Source of the DNA: Pseudobdellovibrionaceae bacterium
GTDB lineage: Bacteria > Bdellovibrionota > Bdellovibrionia > Bdellovibrionales > Bdellovibrionaceae
Direction: 5' to 3'
Assembly (NCBI GenBank): GCA_019637895.1
Contig: JAHBUU010000001.1
Location: forward strand, 1 to 58,871
DNA length: 58,871 bases
In this document: piece after piece, positions 18,543 through 28,172 of the stretch
Layout: each line of letters begins with the position of its first letter
Position numbering within the stretch: position 1 is the stretch's first letter
Position numbers and translations under genes: made by a program
Notes under the pieces: model-generated
What the model was told of the DNA's origin: nothing
The model's database searches: none
What the model saw: only the letters and a program-made list of their open reading frames with translations

Positions 18543-19792
18543 GGCAGATCCTTCAGCACACAGGTCAACAGCGAGTTCAGATTCGATCCCGTCGAGTTCT
18601 GCAAAGGACCAAAGTGGTTATAAGCCTTCCCCGCTTTGATGAACGGAGTGACACAACGATCGTTGGTCGGCTTGGTCGAAGAACCCGACAGGTTGGCCGT
18701 GTGCGTGGCGCTCGCCTTGGTGGTGTTCACCTGAATGGCAAAGGTCTGTAAAAGCTTATGCGTTCCACAAAACGCATTGAACGTCTGATAACTCGAGCCC
18801 AAAAGCTGAATCATCTGAGCCTGCGAGGCATTGGTCGGCAAAGCGCAGCTTGGATAAGAGCTGTTCCAGCTCTTCAAGCAAGGATTGACGTTTCCACCTG
18901 CGGTCGGAGTGAACTGATAGAGACCGATGTTCAAACGGCTTTCCTGCGGTTGCAGGGCATCCTCGTAAAATTTGACTCCTGCCGGTTTTCTGTAACCGGA
19001 AGGGCCGACCTTGAGGGCGACGTTTTCGCTGGTTTTGGTGTCCGCCGTCGTCAGGCTTTCCGCATAAGAAAGACAGCTCATGAAACGGGTCCATAGACGA
19101 TTCAAAGCGATCTCGCTTTTCACGTCCCCCTTGAGACTGCCCGTGCGATGTTTATTATAAGCATTCACAAAGGTGTTCATTTTATCGATCACGCCTTGGG
19201 CGGGAACTTTGCCCGATCCCAAGGTATGGGTCAGGCTGGCCACCGTCACATTGCACATCGGAAAGCGCTTCAGGCTGACCGGCGCATGATTCGCGACAGT
19301 CGACGAGGCACCAAACAGCGAGGCGATCGAACCGACCTGAGGGCGCTGATCTTTCATCATTTCGTTCACGAAGAACGTGATCCGATCCGAAAAACGATCC
19401 TTCCCTTTGACATCGACCAGACAGCTATCGGCATTGACGTTTTGAGCGTTCGAACGAACTTCGAGAAGTTCGCGATAGCTGCTGTAGTAATTGTCGACGG
19501 ACAGACCCACGGGATACGAGACATCACTGAAGATCTCGATCGGCGTCTCTCCGGCTGGTTCCCGCGGAGGTGTTGGCACTGGCGTGGGCGCGGGTGTCGG
19601 TGTCGTCACCGGCGGTTGTGGCGTCGGAGTTGGCTGTGGAGCCGGCGTCGGGGCCGGAGGCGTCACCACCGGCGGCTTTTCTTCGGGTGGTCTCCAGGAA
19701 AAGCCATGAGCGGTTGGGATGGACACCAGAGTGCTCATCAGGACAAATCCAATGCGACCCCAACGACGAAGAGTGTATGTATGATGTTTCAT
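18539..19792 (-). CDS. secreted protein with Pro/Thr-rich linker and possible SLT-like (lytic transglycosylase) core
   Basis: N-terminal hydrophobic signal 'IGFVLMSTLVSIPTAHG', then 'PPVVTPPAPTPAPQPTPTPQPPVTTPTPAPTPVPTPP'. The later motifs 'SYAESLTT', 'IGLYQFTP', 'AYNHFGP' loosely resemble the ES / GLMQ / AYN motifs of SLT domains. This is a weak call. Confidence 0.5.
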   Translation of the reverse strand: MKHHTYTLRRWGRIGFVLMSTLVSIPTAHGFSWRPPEEKPPVVTPPAPTPAPQPTPTPQPPVTTPTPAPTPVPTPPREPAGETPIEIFSDVSYPVGLSVDNYYSSYRELLEVRSNAQNVNADSCLVDVKGKDRFSDRITFFVNEMMKDQRPQVGSIASLFGASSTVANHAPVSLKRFPMCNVTVASLTHTLGSGKVPAQGVIDKMNTFVNAYNKHRTGSLKGDVKSEIALNRLWTRFMSCLSYAESLTTADTKTSENVALKVGPSGYRKPAGVKFYEDALQPQESRLNIGLYQFTPTAGGNVNPCLKSWNSSYPSCALPTNASQAQMIQLLGSSYQTFNAFCGTHKLLQTFAIQVNTTKASATHTANLSGSSTKPTNDRCVTPFIKAGKAYNHFGPLQNSTGSNLNSLLTCVLKDLP

Positions 19793-19993
19793 ACACTGCT
19801 CTTCGGTCGCGGAACCAAAGTCTTAAGACCTTCGTCCCTTTTCCTGGCGCCGATCTCCTGCTTTCAACGGGAGTGAAAAACCCTTAGACGAAATTCACGG
19901 TCTCGCAGACCAAGGTCCTGTCGAAAAATTCGCCGCCATTGAGGGAAATGAAAGAGAGAGCCTCCTCACCGTCCTCAAGCAGAGGTGGGATTC

Positions 19994-20527
19994 TTAACGA
20001 AACATCTGACGGAGATGACGGACTTCTTGGGCGAGTTCGGCCAAGCGGTCCGAGGCCCCACCCAATTTTTGGGCGACTTGTGAGAAGTCGCGCTCTTTGC
20101 GGACGACTTGTTTCATCTCGCGCAGAACTTGGCGGGCGCCTTCGATCGAGAAACGATCGCGGTAAAGGAGCTTGCGGATCAAGAAAGCGTTCTCGACGTC
20201 TTTCTTGGTGTACATGCGCTGATTATTGGATGCTTTTTTCGGGCGAAGAAGGTCAAACTCGCTCTCCCAGTAGCGAAGCACGTATTGCTTCACATCCAGA
20301 AGGTCGGCAACATCCCCGATTTTGAAACCCATCTTATCCGGAATCGCGTTGATCTCTTCGAGGAGTTTTTCATCCACCAAAGCCGCTGGTAAAGACAGGG
20401 GCTCTGTCGCGGTGACAGCAAGACCCTGCGCCTCGACATTTGCGTCGCTCAGCTGCAGTTCCGTATTTACAGGCTCCTGGATCTCGAGATCCGGGAGCTG
20501 GGGTTTAATCGTTGTCGTCATCATCAT
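19994..20527 (-). CDS. MerR-family transcriptional regulator
   Basis: HTH 'FKIGDVADLLDVKQYVLRYWESEFDLLRPKKASNNQRMYTKKDVENAFLIRKLL'. It lies immediately downstream of ihfA, with a 23-nt overlap. Confidence 0.8.
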   Translation of the reverse strand: MMMTTTIKPQLPDLEIQEPVNTELQLSDANVEAQGLAVTATEPLSLPAALVDEKLLEEINAIPDKMGFKIGDVADLLDVKQYVLRYWESEFDLLRPKKASNNQRMYTKKDVENAFLIRKLLYRDRFSIEGARQVLREMKQVVRKERDFSQVAQKLGGASDRLAELAQEVRHLRQMFR

Positions 20528-20852
20528 CCGTCAAGTTAGTGATATCCTCACCGTTCAACATCGCTTTCAAAACCTGCGACGGACGGAAGGTCAAAACACG
20601 ACGAGCGGAAATTTTGATCTGATCGCCGGTTTGAGGATTCCGTCCCACACGTTCATTTTTCCCGCGCACGACGAAGTTTCCAAACCCGGAAATCTTCACT
20701 TTTTCGCCCGTTTGAAGAACATCCTTCAAGGTTCCGAAGACGAGTTCCACCAACTCAGACGCTTCTTTTTTCGAGAAGCCGATCTTTTGATAGACCTTCT
20801 CGACGATGTCCGCTTTGGTCACAGTGGATTTGCCCAAATTCTGGCCTGCCAT
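20505..20852 (-). CDS. ihfA: integration host factor subunit alpha (HU/IHF family) with acidic C-terminal tail
   Basis: 'TKADIVEKVYQKIGFSKKEASELVELVFGTLKDVLQTGEKVKISGFGNFVVRGKNERVGRNPQTGDQIKISARRVLTFRPS'. It sits downstream of pheT as in E. coli. The tail is 'LTDDDDDND'. Confidence 0.85.
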   Translation of the reverse strand: MAGQNLGKSTVTKADIVEKVYQKIGFSKKEASELVELVFGTLKDVLQTGEKVKISGFGNFVVRGKNERVGRNPQTGDQIKISARRVLTFRPSQVLKAMLNGEDITNLTDDDDDND

Positions 20853-20924
20853 AATCCCTTTTCACTCCTTGAGGTCGTACTTCTGAAAGAAAGCCTATCA
20901 ACCCTTTGAAACCGATCAAGTTTT

Positions 20925-23366
20925 TTATCTCACATGGATCCCGAAAGTTTTCGAAACCTGCTCCAGAATCTTGCTCTGAAGCTCTTGGATCTGCGCATCT
21001 TGCAGCGTGGCATTCTTGTCTTGATAAACAAGCCGGATGGCGACGGATTTATGTCCCGCCTCCATTTTGTCCCCCTCATAGACATCAAACACGTCCACAT
21101 CGGCCAAAACCGCGCCTGCCGTCTTTTTGATCTCCTTGAGGACATCGCCGACTTTCAGGTTTTTCGGCATGACAAAGGCGAAATCGCGCTCCACGGCCGG
21201 GAGCTTCGAAAGGCCCTCGGCACGATACGGACGTGGCTGCCCTTTGAGCAACAGATCGAGATCGAACTCGGCAATCGCCGCAGGCACCCGAACTTTTTCT
21301 TCATCCAACAAAACGGGATGAACCGTTCCGATAAAGCCGATTTTTTTACCTTCGACCAAGAGCTGAGCGAACTGTCCGCGATGGCAGAAAGAAACGACCT
21401 CTCCCCGATCCGAAGGAGTCACCCAGGTGTAAGAAGAAATCCGAAGTCCCTCGAGCAGACTTTCAACCGCCGCCTTGAGGTCATAAACAACCGGATGGGA
21501 CCAAGACTTGGTCCACAGACTGCGCGGACGCCCCCAGGCAATCAGCCCCAAACGAGTTCCCTCGCGGTAACCGCCCTCGGTGGTCCCGAAGTTTGAACCG
21601 ATTTCGTACAAGAAACCTTCTTCGTTGCCATAGCGCACGTTCGTCAGCAGGTTTTTATAAAGCCCATAGCTGAGGCCCGAGCGCATGACATCAAGGTCAT
21701 CACTGAGAGGATTGCGCAGACGAACCGGGTTTTCCGAGACCGACAAACCGGTTGCATTCAAGGCCGGAACATTTCCAAAGAAAGCCTTTTCGCCCTTGGA
21801 ACCAACGAAACCGTAGTTCCACGCTTGCAAAGCCCCTTGAGCGCGGATCGCCCCATGGACTCGTTTGAGCAAACGGTATTTATCCTCGTGCGGAGCCGGA
21901 GCCTGCGCGAGGACCGGCATGGTTTCAGGAATCTGATCATAGCCGTTCAGTCGAGCGTACTCTTCGACTAGATCCATATCCTGTTCGAGATCGAAGCGGA
22001 AACTCGGAGGCAAAACGCTATAGGATTGAGCGGCCTTCATCTGCACATCGCAGCCAAGACGTTTCATATAATCCACGAAGCGCTCTTCGTCGGCGACATA
22101 TCCCAAGCGTTCAGACACCTGCTCCAAGCGCAGATCGACCGGCTGCTTTTTCACAGGCTCGGGGTTGGTATCATAGGCATCCCCAAGAGCCTCGCCACCA
22201 GCGACCTTCACGATCAGTTCGGCCGCTCGGTCCATGGCACGGAAAGCTCCATCCGGATCAACGCCCCGGCTGAAACGATACGCGGAGTCTGTTTCAATCC
22301 CATGTCCTCGAGAGGCCTTTCGCACGGCCATCGCCTGGAACGAGGCGCTTTCGATGAAGATCTCGGTGGTTTCTTCAGTCACGCCCGAATTTTTTCCACC
22401 GACAACACCCGCCAAGGCCACGATTTTTTCACCATCACGGATGACGAGTTCGCCGTCTTTCAAGGTGAGCTCCGCATCCTGCAAGGAAGTGAATTTCTCG
22501 CCGGCCGAAGCTTTTCCGATCACCAGTTTACGACCGGCCAGACGAGCCGTATCGAAGGCATGAAGTGGTTGTCCCAACTCCATCATCACGTAGTTCGTCA
22601 CATCGACCACGTTATTGATCGAATTCATTCCGACGCTTTCAAGACGTTTCTTCAGCCAATCAGGGCTGGGACCGACTTTCACGCCGCGAACGACGCGACC
22701 GCAGTACCGCGGACAGAGTTCCTGGTCCTTCACTTCGAGGGAAATGCTTTGTTTCGTCGAGTCGGAAACCGGCGCCAAAGTCGATTTCGGCGTCACCAGC
22801 TCACGAGCGCGCACGCAGGCGATTTCACGGGCAAGGCCGAAGTGGGACAAACAATCCGCGCGGTTCGGAGTGACCTTCAGTTCAAAGAGCACGTCTTGAA
22901 GGTCCATATACTCACCGAAAGGTTTTCCAATCGGCGCATCCGTCGGAAGGATCATGATTCCTTCGGACTCGGTGGCGAGCCCCAGTTCTTTCAAAGAACA
23001 AAGCATGCCTCCGGATTCGACACCGCGAATGGCGCTTTTTTTGATCACAAAATTGCCCGGCAGAATCGCTCCCGGCAAAGCCGCGACAACACGGTCACCG
23101 GATTTGTGATTGGTGGCACCGCAAACGATTTGATGAACGACGCCTTCGCCGGTCGTGACCTTGCAAACCGACAAACGGTCCGCATTCGGGTGCTGTTCCT
23201 TTTCCAGGATCAAGCCCGTGATGACGAACTCGTAGTCCTTTCGACGATCGATGATCTCTTCGACTTCGAGGCCGGCTTTGGTCAGAGTGTCCGCCAGATC
23301 CTGGGGTTTATTCAGGTCCTCAGCGAGGTTCACGAAATCATTGGCCCATTGCAAACTGATCTTCAT
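20925..23366 (-). CDS. pheT: phenylalanine--tRNA ligase beta subunit
   Basis: 813 aa. N-terminus '[12 protein letters not shown]', tRNA-binding domain '[11 protein letters not shown]', B3/4 and B5 regions, C-terminal FDX-ACB-like 'ERDFAFV'. It overlaps the pheS stop by 4 nt. Confidence 0.95.
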   Translation of the reverse strand: MKISLQWANDFVNLAEDLNKPQDLADTLTKAGLEVEEIIDRRKDYEFVITGLILEKEQHPNADRLSVCKVTTGEGVVHQIVCGATNHKSGDRVVAALPGAILPGNFVIKKSAIRGVESGGMLCSLKELGLATESEGIMILPTDAPIGKPFGEYMDLQDVLFELKVTPNRADCLSHFGLAREIACVRARELVTPKSTLAPVSDSTKQSISLEVKDQELCPRYCGRVVRGVKVGPSPDWLKKRLESVGMNSINNVVDVTNYVMMELGQPLHAFDTARLAGRKLVIGKASAGEKFTSLQDAELTLKDGELVIRDGEKIVALAGVVGGKNSGVTEETTEIFIESASFQAMAVRKASRGHGIETDSAYRFSRGVDPDGAFRAMDRAAELIVKVAGGEALGDAYDTNPEPVKKQPVDLRLEQVSERLGYVADEERFVDYMKRLGCDVQMKAAQSYSVLPPSFRFDLEQDMDLVEEYARLNGYDQIPETMPVLAQAPAPHEDKYRLLKRVHGAIRAQGALQAWNYGFVGSKGEKAFFGNVPALNATGLSVSENPVRLRNPLSDDLDVMRSGLSYGLYKNLLTNVRYGNEEGFLYEIGSNFGTTEGGYREGTRLGLIAWGRPRSLWTKSWSHPVVYDLKAAVESLLEGLRISSYTWVTPSDRGEVVSFCHRGQFAQLLVEGKKIGFIGTVHPVLLDEEKVRVPAAIAEFDLDLLLKGQPRPYRAEGLSKLPAVERDFAFVMPKNLKVGDVLKEIKKTAGAVLADVDVFDVYEGDKMEAGHKSVAIRLVYQDKNATLQDAQIQELQSKILEQVSKTFGIHVR

Positions 23367-24415
23367 ACGGACTCTCCCGCGAAGGGACGAAGGAACCGGA
23401 CGTCATTTTCTGGAAACAAGCGGATATCGGGAATCCCGTATTTGATGATCGCCATACGCTCGATCCCAAAGCCGAACGCAAAACCTTGCCACTGCTTAGG
23501 GTCGATTTTCGCGTGTTCGAAAACCCGCGGATTCACCAATCCACAACCACCGATTTCGATCCAGCCCGTTTGTTTGCACATGCTGCAACCCTTGCCTTTG
23601 CAGATCGGGCATTGGCAATCCACTTCCGCGCTGGGTTCGGTGAAAGGGAAAAAGCTGGGACGGAAACGAGTCTTCAAGGTGGCGCCAAAGAATTCGCGCA
23701 CGAAATAAGTGATCGTGCCTTTCAGGTCCGCCATCGAGACTTTTTTGTCCACGCAGAGCGCTTCGATCTGGTGGAAGTTCGGCAAGTGCGAAATATCGCT
23801 GTCGACCCGGTAAACGGGGCCAGTCCCGATCACTCGCAAAGGCAGGCTTTCGCTTTCCAACGAATGAATCTGAATCGGACTCGTGTGCGTGCGAAGAACG
23901 TGGTTTTGATCGACAAAGAATGTGTCCTGCATATCCCGCGAAGGATGGTCCTTCGGAATATTGAGGGCCTCGAAATTGTAATAATCTTTTTCGATCTGAG
24001 GACCGGTGCGAAGAGCGTACCCCAAGCGAGCCATGATCGTTGCGATCTCTTCGGTCACCAGATGGATCGGATGAGCACCGCCGCGAGGGCGACCGGCCGC
24101 TGGCAAAGTGATATCCAGTTCCTCTTGCGCGAGCTTCGCTTCGATTTCCTGTTTTTTGAGCGCTTCTTCCGCTTCTCCATAGGCGGTCTCGAGAGCGGAT
24201 TTCACCTCGTTCACCCGCTTTCCGAAGAGGGGTTTTTCCTCTTTCGGGAGAGTGGCCATTTCTTTCATGACCTCGGTGAGGAGTCCGCTTTTCCCCAGGA
24301 ACTTGACCTTGAGGTCGTAAAGATCCTTGGAATTCGCGGCCTGGCGGAAAGCCAGAAGGGCTTCTTCTTTGATTTGATCGAGTCGTGAGGATGACATAGG
24401 CTCCAAAAGTCCCAC
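23363..24415 (-). CDS. pheS: phenylalanine--tRNA ligase alpha subunit
   Basis: Class II motifs '[11 protein letters not shown]', '[10 protein letters not shown]', 'GPVYRVDS', '[16 protein letters not shown]', 'GCGLVNPRV', '[14 protein letters not shown]'. Confidence 0.95.
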   Translation of the reverse strand: MGLLEPMSSSRLDQIKEEALLAFRQAANSKDLYDLKVKFLGKSGLLTEVMKEMATLPKEEKPLFGKRVNEVKSALETAYGEAEEALKKQEIEAKLAQEELDITLPAAGRPRGGAHPIHLVTEEIATIMARLGYALRTGPQIEKDYYNFEALNIPKDHPSRDMQDTFFVDQNHVLRTHTSPIQIHSLESESLPLRVIGTGPVYRVDSDISHLPNFHQIEALCVDKKVSMADLKGTITYFVREFFGATLKTRFRPSFFPFTEPSAEVDCQCPICKGKGCSMCKQTGWIEIGGCGLVNPRVFEHAKIDPKQWQGFAFGFGIERMAIIKYGIPDIRLFPENDVRFLRPFAGESV

Positions 24416-24513
24416 GACAATGTCTTTATTTCAATGATTTCAATCATTTCCGAGGGCCATGACGCGCATTTTCCTTGGCAAAGAAAGCCCCCTCCTTTAA
24501 GGTGGCTTCTCTC

Positions 24514-25329
24514 ATGGCCCATAAGAACAAAACGAACTATAGCGCCTATAAAGCCCGTCAAAAGGGTTCCCCGTCTGCAACGGCGGCTCCTTTGCGTGGG
24601 CAGCACAAGCGACCCGATCAGGTTTTTTCCATCCCTGAGGCCGATGAACGCTTGGATGATGTCTTTCGGAACCATGGTTTCGCAGACATCACCCACGAGG
24701 AACGCCGAAAGTTCGCCGAGTTCTATGCTCTTTTGATGGCCGAGCAAGAGCACCAGAATTTTACCCGCCTGCTCAAGCTCCGCGATATCGCGATCAAGCA
24801 CTTCATCGATTCGATCATTGTGGCTCGATTGACCAAGCTGCAATTCCCGCTGATGGACGTGGGCACCGGCCCCGGCTTTCCGGGCGTGCCCCTAAAAATT
24901 ATGTATCCCAAGGACAAGATCCTGCTCGCCGAAGGCGTGCAAAAGCGTGTGGCCTTTCTGAAAAAGGTTCGTGAGGGATTGAACCTGCAAAATCTCGATA
25001 TCATCGGCCGCAATATCAATCCCTTCTTTGTGTATCCGGTCATGGGAGTCATCACCCGCGCCGTCGAGGACATGCAAAACACTCTGGGGAATGTGCTGTC
25101 CTCCATTCAAGTGGGTGGACGTGTTTACTTCATGAAGGGCCCTGGTGTGGAGCCAGAGATCCCGGTGGCCGTGAAGGCCTGGAGCGAATACTACAAGCTC
25201 GTCGAAGATCACACCTATGATCTGCCCCACACAACGAACCATCGCCGCCTGGTGGTCTTTGAAAAAATCAAAAATGCCCCTCTTCCGAATGAAGAAGAGC
25301 AGGACTTCCCTTTGCTGGAGGGCGAATGA
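24514..25329 (+). CDS. rsmG: 16S rRNA (guanine527-N7)-methyltransferase RsmG with basic N-terminal extension
   Basis: 'NFTRLLKLRDIAIKHFIDSI', SAM motif 'LMDVGTGPGFPGVPLKI', 'ILLAEGVQKRVAFL'. The ATG at 24514 has SD AAGGTGG upstream; a TTG at 24475 is the alternative. About 50 extra Lys/Arg-rich residues precede the domain. Confidence 0.8.
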   Translation: MAHKNKTNYSAYKARQKGSPSATAAPLRGQHKRPDQVFSIPEADERLDDVFRNHGFADITHEERRKFAEFYALLMAEQEHQNFTRLLKLRDIAIKHFIDSIIVARLTKLQFPLMDVGTGPGFPGVPLKIMYPKDKILLAEGVQKRVAFLKKVREGLNLQNLDIIGRNINPFFVYPVMGVITRAVEDMQNTLGNVLSSIQVGGRVYFMKGPGVEPEIPVAVKAWSEYYKLVEDHTYDLPHTTNHRRLVVFEKIKNAPLPNEEEQDFPLLEGE

Positions 25330-26090
25330 TTCAGATCGGCTCTGCAAGCAATGAGCACTTTAAGCGCTGGCGCGACCTGTCTTCGTCGAAGGGCATTCGG
25401 AAACATGGCGAATTCATTCTGATGGGCGAAAAGCTCATCGAGGAGTTCCGCCACCAACCAGGCGACTGGAAAATCCACGCGGAGATTCTGACCGAAGGCC
25501 TGACTTCGCTGTGGCCAGAACATGATCGCGATCCTCGCACGCCGAAGCGCTACTTCCTGGCGAAAGAACTGTTCAAAGAAGTCGACGTCATGGGCACGCA
25601 CTTCAATTTGCTGGTGCTCGAAGCCCCCACTTGGGAGACGGCGGATCTGTCAAACCCGGCACAAGGTTTAGAGCTGGTTTGTCCTTTGGGTGATCCCTCG
25701 AACCTGGGGGCCATCGTTCGATCGGCCGTGGCCTTTGATGCCACAGCCCTGATCCTCACATCGGAAAGTGCCAACCCCCTGCATCCGAAAGCCGTGAAGG
25801 CCAGCGCCGGAGCCGTCCTCCGAACAAAGTTTTTGAGAGGTCCTTCATTGAAAGACTATCAGGCCTCGGGCGAAAGCTGGGCCCTCGACATGAAGGGGGA
25901 CTCGGTGGGTGATCTGAAATGGCCAGACCACTTCCGTCTGATCGTCGGAGAAGAAGGGCCCGGACTCCCCGAGCTGCCAGGAGTCCGCCGCATTTCTGTT
26001 CCAACAAGGGGCGTGGAGTCCCTGAACGCCACCGTCGCCGCCTCGATCGCTCTCTTCGATTGGAAAAGACAGACCTTTTCCCGTCCCTAA
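25326..26090 (+). CDS. TrmH/SpoU-family RNA 2'-O-methyltransferase
   Basis: 'DPSNLGAIVRSAVAFDA', 'LIVGEEGPGLPE', 'ISVPTRGVESLNATVAASIALF' (SPOUT motifs 1-3). The start overlaps the rsmG stop (ATGA). Confidence 0.8.
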   Translation: MIQIGSASNEHFKRWRDLSSSKGIRKHGEFILMGEKLIEEFRHQPGDWKIHAEILTEGLTSLWPEHDRDPRTPKRYFLAKELFKEVDVMGTHFNLLVLEAPTWETADLSNPAQGLELVCPLGDPSNLGAIVRSAVAFDATALILTSESANPLHPKAVKASAGAVLRTKFLRGPSLKDYQASGESWALDMKGDSVGDLKWPDHFRLIVGEEGPGLPELPGVRRISVPTRGVESLNATVAASIALFDWKRQTFSRP

Positions 26091-26185
26091 AGGCGCCGCC
26101 CCCAGACGCGCTGAACGCACAAAAAAATTGCCTTCCTCCCAGAGACCAGCGGACAATTCCCGCTCAAGTCGGCCTGGGAGGTCTC

Positions 26186-26611
26186 ATGAAATGGATCGCT
26201 TTTGTTTTTATCGCTCTCTCGATTTCGTCGGCACAAGCGCAGCTCGCCTCGGAACCCCGGCATGAGCTGATGAAGTGCACGGCGCCTCAACACGGGACCC
26301 TCTGGGCCTCGTTCGGCCATCTGATGCGTTCCGGAGAAAATCATCTCATTCATTTCCCGACTGAAATCGTCTGGATTCCTCAAGGCGAAACAACCCCTCT
26401 CAGAAATCTCTATTGGACACTCGATGAAGCGCTGACCGTTCCCGTCTCCGTCGGTCCCCACCGTTTCAGCATGCAGTTCAAGATGGGTGAAGCCGAGCAC
26501 TACATCCGCCTCATTCGATATGGCAACCTGGCCCACTCGTTCCTTGGGAGCTGGCAAAGCACCTCGGAAGGCCGCGAGATTTTCGACGAAATCGCCTGTT
26601 CTCTGCACTGA
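26186..26611 (+). CDS. small secreted hypothetical protein
   Basis: ATG with SD GGGAGG upstream. Signal peptide 'MKWIAFVFIALSISSAQA'. No motif recognised. Confidence 0.5.
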   Translation: MKWIAFVFIALSISSAQAQLASEPRHELMKCTAPQHGTLWASFGHLMRSGENHLIHFPTEIVWIPQGETTPLRNLYWTLDEALTVPVSVGPHRFSMQFKMGEAEHYIRLIRYGNLAHSFLGSWQSTSEGREIFDEIACSLH

Positions 26612-26738
26612 CTTCGGGCACGGGCCTTGCTGTCCTAGCGGACGATCCTTTTTTAAGCGAGGCCCCTTTGTTTCCGTGACTCCAAGGCCTCCCAAAAACC
26701 GCACACTGTCGCGAGTTTCGACAGCGAAAGGAAGTCCT

Positions 26739-27251
26739 ATGAAGTTCTCGGCCCTGCTTTTCGTCGGCGCCTCCATGATCCTCTCAGCTCAAGCCCACGC
26801 AGCGGAACGGACGCTGATCTCGAACTGCAAAGCCCAAGTCAGCCTGGGTGGACCACAGAGCACCATCCAAATCCAGATTTTCAAAAATGCCGACGGCCGC
26901 CTGGTTGGTGAAAGCCGCACCGACAATGGCAGAATTCTAGCCCAAAAAGCCACTGTCGAAACCCATCAAGTTCGCGCCGGCTTGTCGGCCGAAAGCATCG
27001 ACTCGGAGGAAAATTTGAACCTCGGAGAAACACTCGTCGTTCACGCCATGATGATCGAGTCTTTCGATGAAATGAAGGCTTCCGCAGGCCTTGAGCTCAA
27101 GGATGTTCGTGAGGTGACCGCCTATGTCGTCGGACTCGAAGAGCAAGGGAATAATCCGATCGGCATGACCGCCATCGTTGAAGCCCGCAACGGCCAAGGC
27201 CAGGCAATGGGCAGCTACCTGGGTGGCTTCGTCGTTGGGAAATGTCAGTAA
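26739..27251 (+). CDS. secreted hypothetical protein
   Basis: ATG with SD GAAAGGAAG upstream. Signal peptide 'MKFSALLFVGASMILSAQAHA'. A terminator hairpin follows. Confidence 0.55.
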   Translation: MKFSALLFVGASMILSAQAHAAERTLISNCKAQVSLGGPQSTIQIQIFKNADGRLVGESRTDNGRILAQKATVETHQVRAGLSAESIDSEENLNLGETLVVHAMMIESFDEMKASAGLELKDVREVTAYVVGLEEQGNNPIGMTAIVEARNGQGQAMGSYLGGFVVGKCQ

Positions 27252-27271
27252 GGTTCAATTGCTTTGAAACG

Positions 27272-27305
27272 AAAAAAAGGCGAGGACTCCCCTCGCCTTT
27301 TTTTA
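27272..27305. terminator. bidirectional Rho-independent terminator
   Basis: An A-run (27272-27278) precedes a 7-bp GC-rich stem, GGCGAGG (27279-85) / CCTCGCC (27291-97), with a 5-nt loop. A T-run follows (27298-27305). It lies between convergent genes. Confidence 0.65.
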
Positions 27306-27324
27306 TTCTCGATTCACCGTCTGA

Positions 27325-28005
27325 CTAGCGACCGCTCACACAAGAATTCAAAGAATCGTAAGTCGCTCCAGAAGAGCGGACATCCCCCGTGCGGATCTCG
27401 ATCGACAAACGCGTGTAGGGCTTCATCCCGTCATTGTCTTTGGCCGCACAAACGGACAGATGCGTGCGCGAAACCAAAGCCTGGGACAACATCGTCGTGC
27501 ACTCGTTAAGGTCGCGGAAAGAAGCAAACGTTTTCGCCGCTTTCGTCCGAAGACTGAACATCACCAGCGCATAGGGATTGTGACCGTCGTTGTCCCGGCT
27601 GCCACAGACGAACAAAACGCCCTCGACTTCACGAGCCTGATTGATCGCCCGTTCGCAGCTCTCGCGGTTTCCAACCGTCCCTGGGATCTTGGTTTCCGAA
27701 AAGTCGGAAGGATCGCGCAGAGAAGCGATGAAAGGATTCACTCCGTCATTGTCGCGAGAGATGCAACTGAGTTGATAACGCTGGCCTGGTTGGTTGCCAC
27801 CACCCGAGCCGTAGCGCAAAGTTTCACGAATCTCGCGAAGCTGCGAACGGATGTTTTCAAGATCGCGGCGGCTGGCTCGAGAAAAATCCACTTCGGAACG
27901 AATGTCTTCGAGCAGATTCAGAATCTCGTTTTTCAAAACTCGTTCTTGTGCCTGTAGCGGCAGCGCGAAGGCGAGAGCAAAAACGGCCATCATCAACTGT
28001 TTCAC
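27325..28005 (-). CDS. secreted protein with N-terminal helical region and three ~50-aa Cys-containing repeats (unknown family)
   Basis: The GTG at 28005 has SD AAGGA 5 nt upstream; ATGs at 27993/27990 are alternatives. Signal peptide 'MMAVFALAFALPLQAQ'. Repeats: 'LSCISRDNDGVNPF..C', 'FVCGSRDNDGHNPY..C', 'SVCAAKDNDGMKPY..C'. Confidence 0.6.
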   Translation of the reverse strand: MKQLMMAVFALAFALPLQAQERVLKNEILNLLEDIRSEVDFSRASRRDLENIRSQLREIRETLRYGSGGGNQPGQRYQLSCISRDNDGVNPFIASLRDPSDFSETKIPGTVGNRESCERAINQAREVEGVLFVCGSRDNDGHNPYALVMFSLRTKAAKTFASFRDLNECTTMLSQALVSRTHLSVCAAKDNDGMKPYTRLSIEIRTGDVRSSGATYDSLNSCVSGR

Positions 28006-28172
28006 GGTGATCCTTTTCCGAGACCTCAAATGGTCATCTCGGGGCAAAGATTCGATGGCACCCTTCACAATGTCAAGAATCGGCCCGGGGCATCCGAAGC
28101 CGCATCAAAGAGAGCCCGGTCCACCAGTCATCGGCGCCAGGACAAGAGATGTTTGCAGAAAGAGGTCACCGT

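Noticed and set aside
19540-19700. GC-rich, repetitive-looking DNA, considered as a tandem repeat or VNTR
   Set aside because: It is the coding sequence of the Pro/Thr/Ala linker of the 18539-19792 protein. The repeats are imperfect at the nucleotide level, with no defined unit and no spacer-repeat organisation.
22026-23708. 560-aa + strand ORF (plus several 60-110-aa ORFs) across pheT/pheS
   Set aside because: It is fully antisense to two unambiguous aminoacyl-tRNA synthetase genes. Its Arg/His/Gly-rich composition carries no motif. This is a typical shadow ORF of GC-rich coding DNA.
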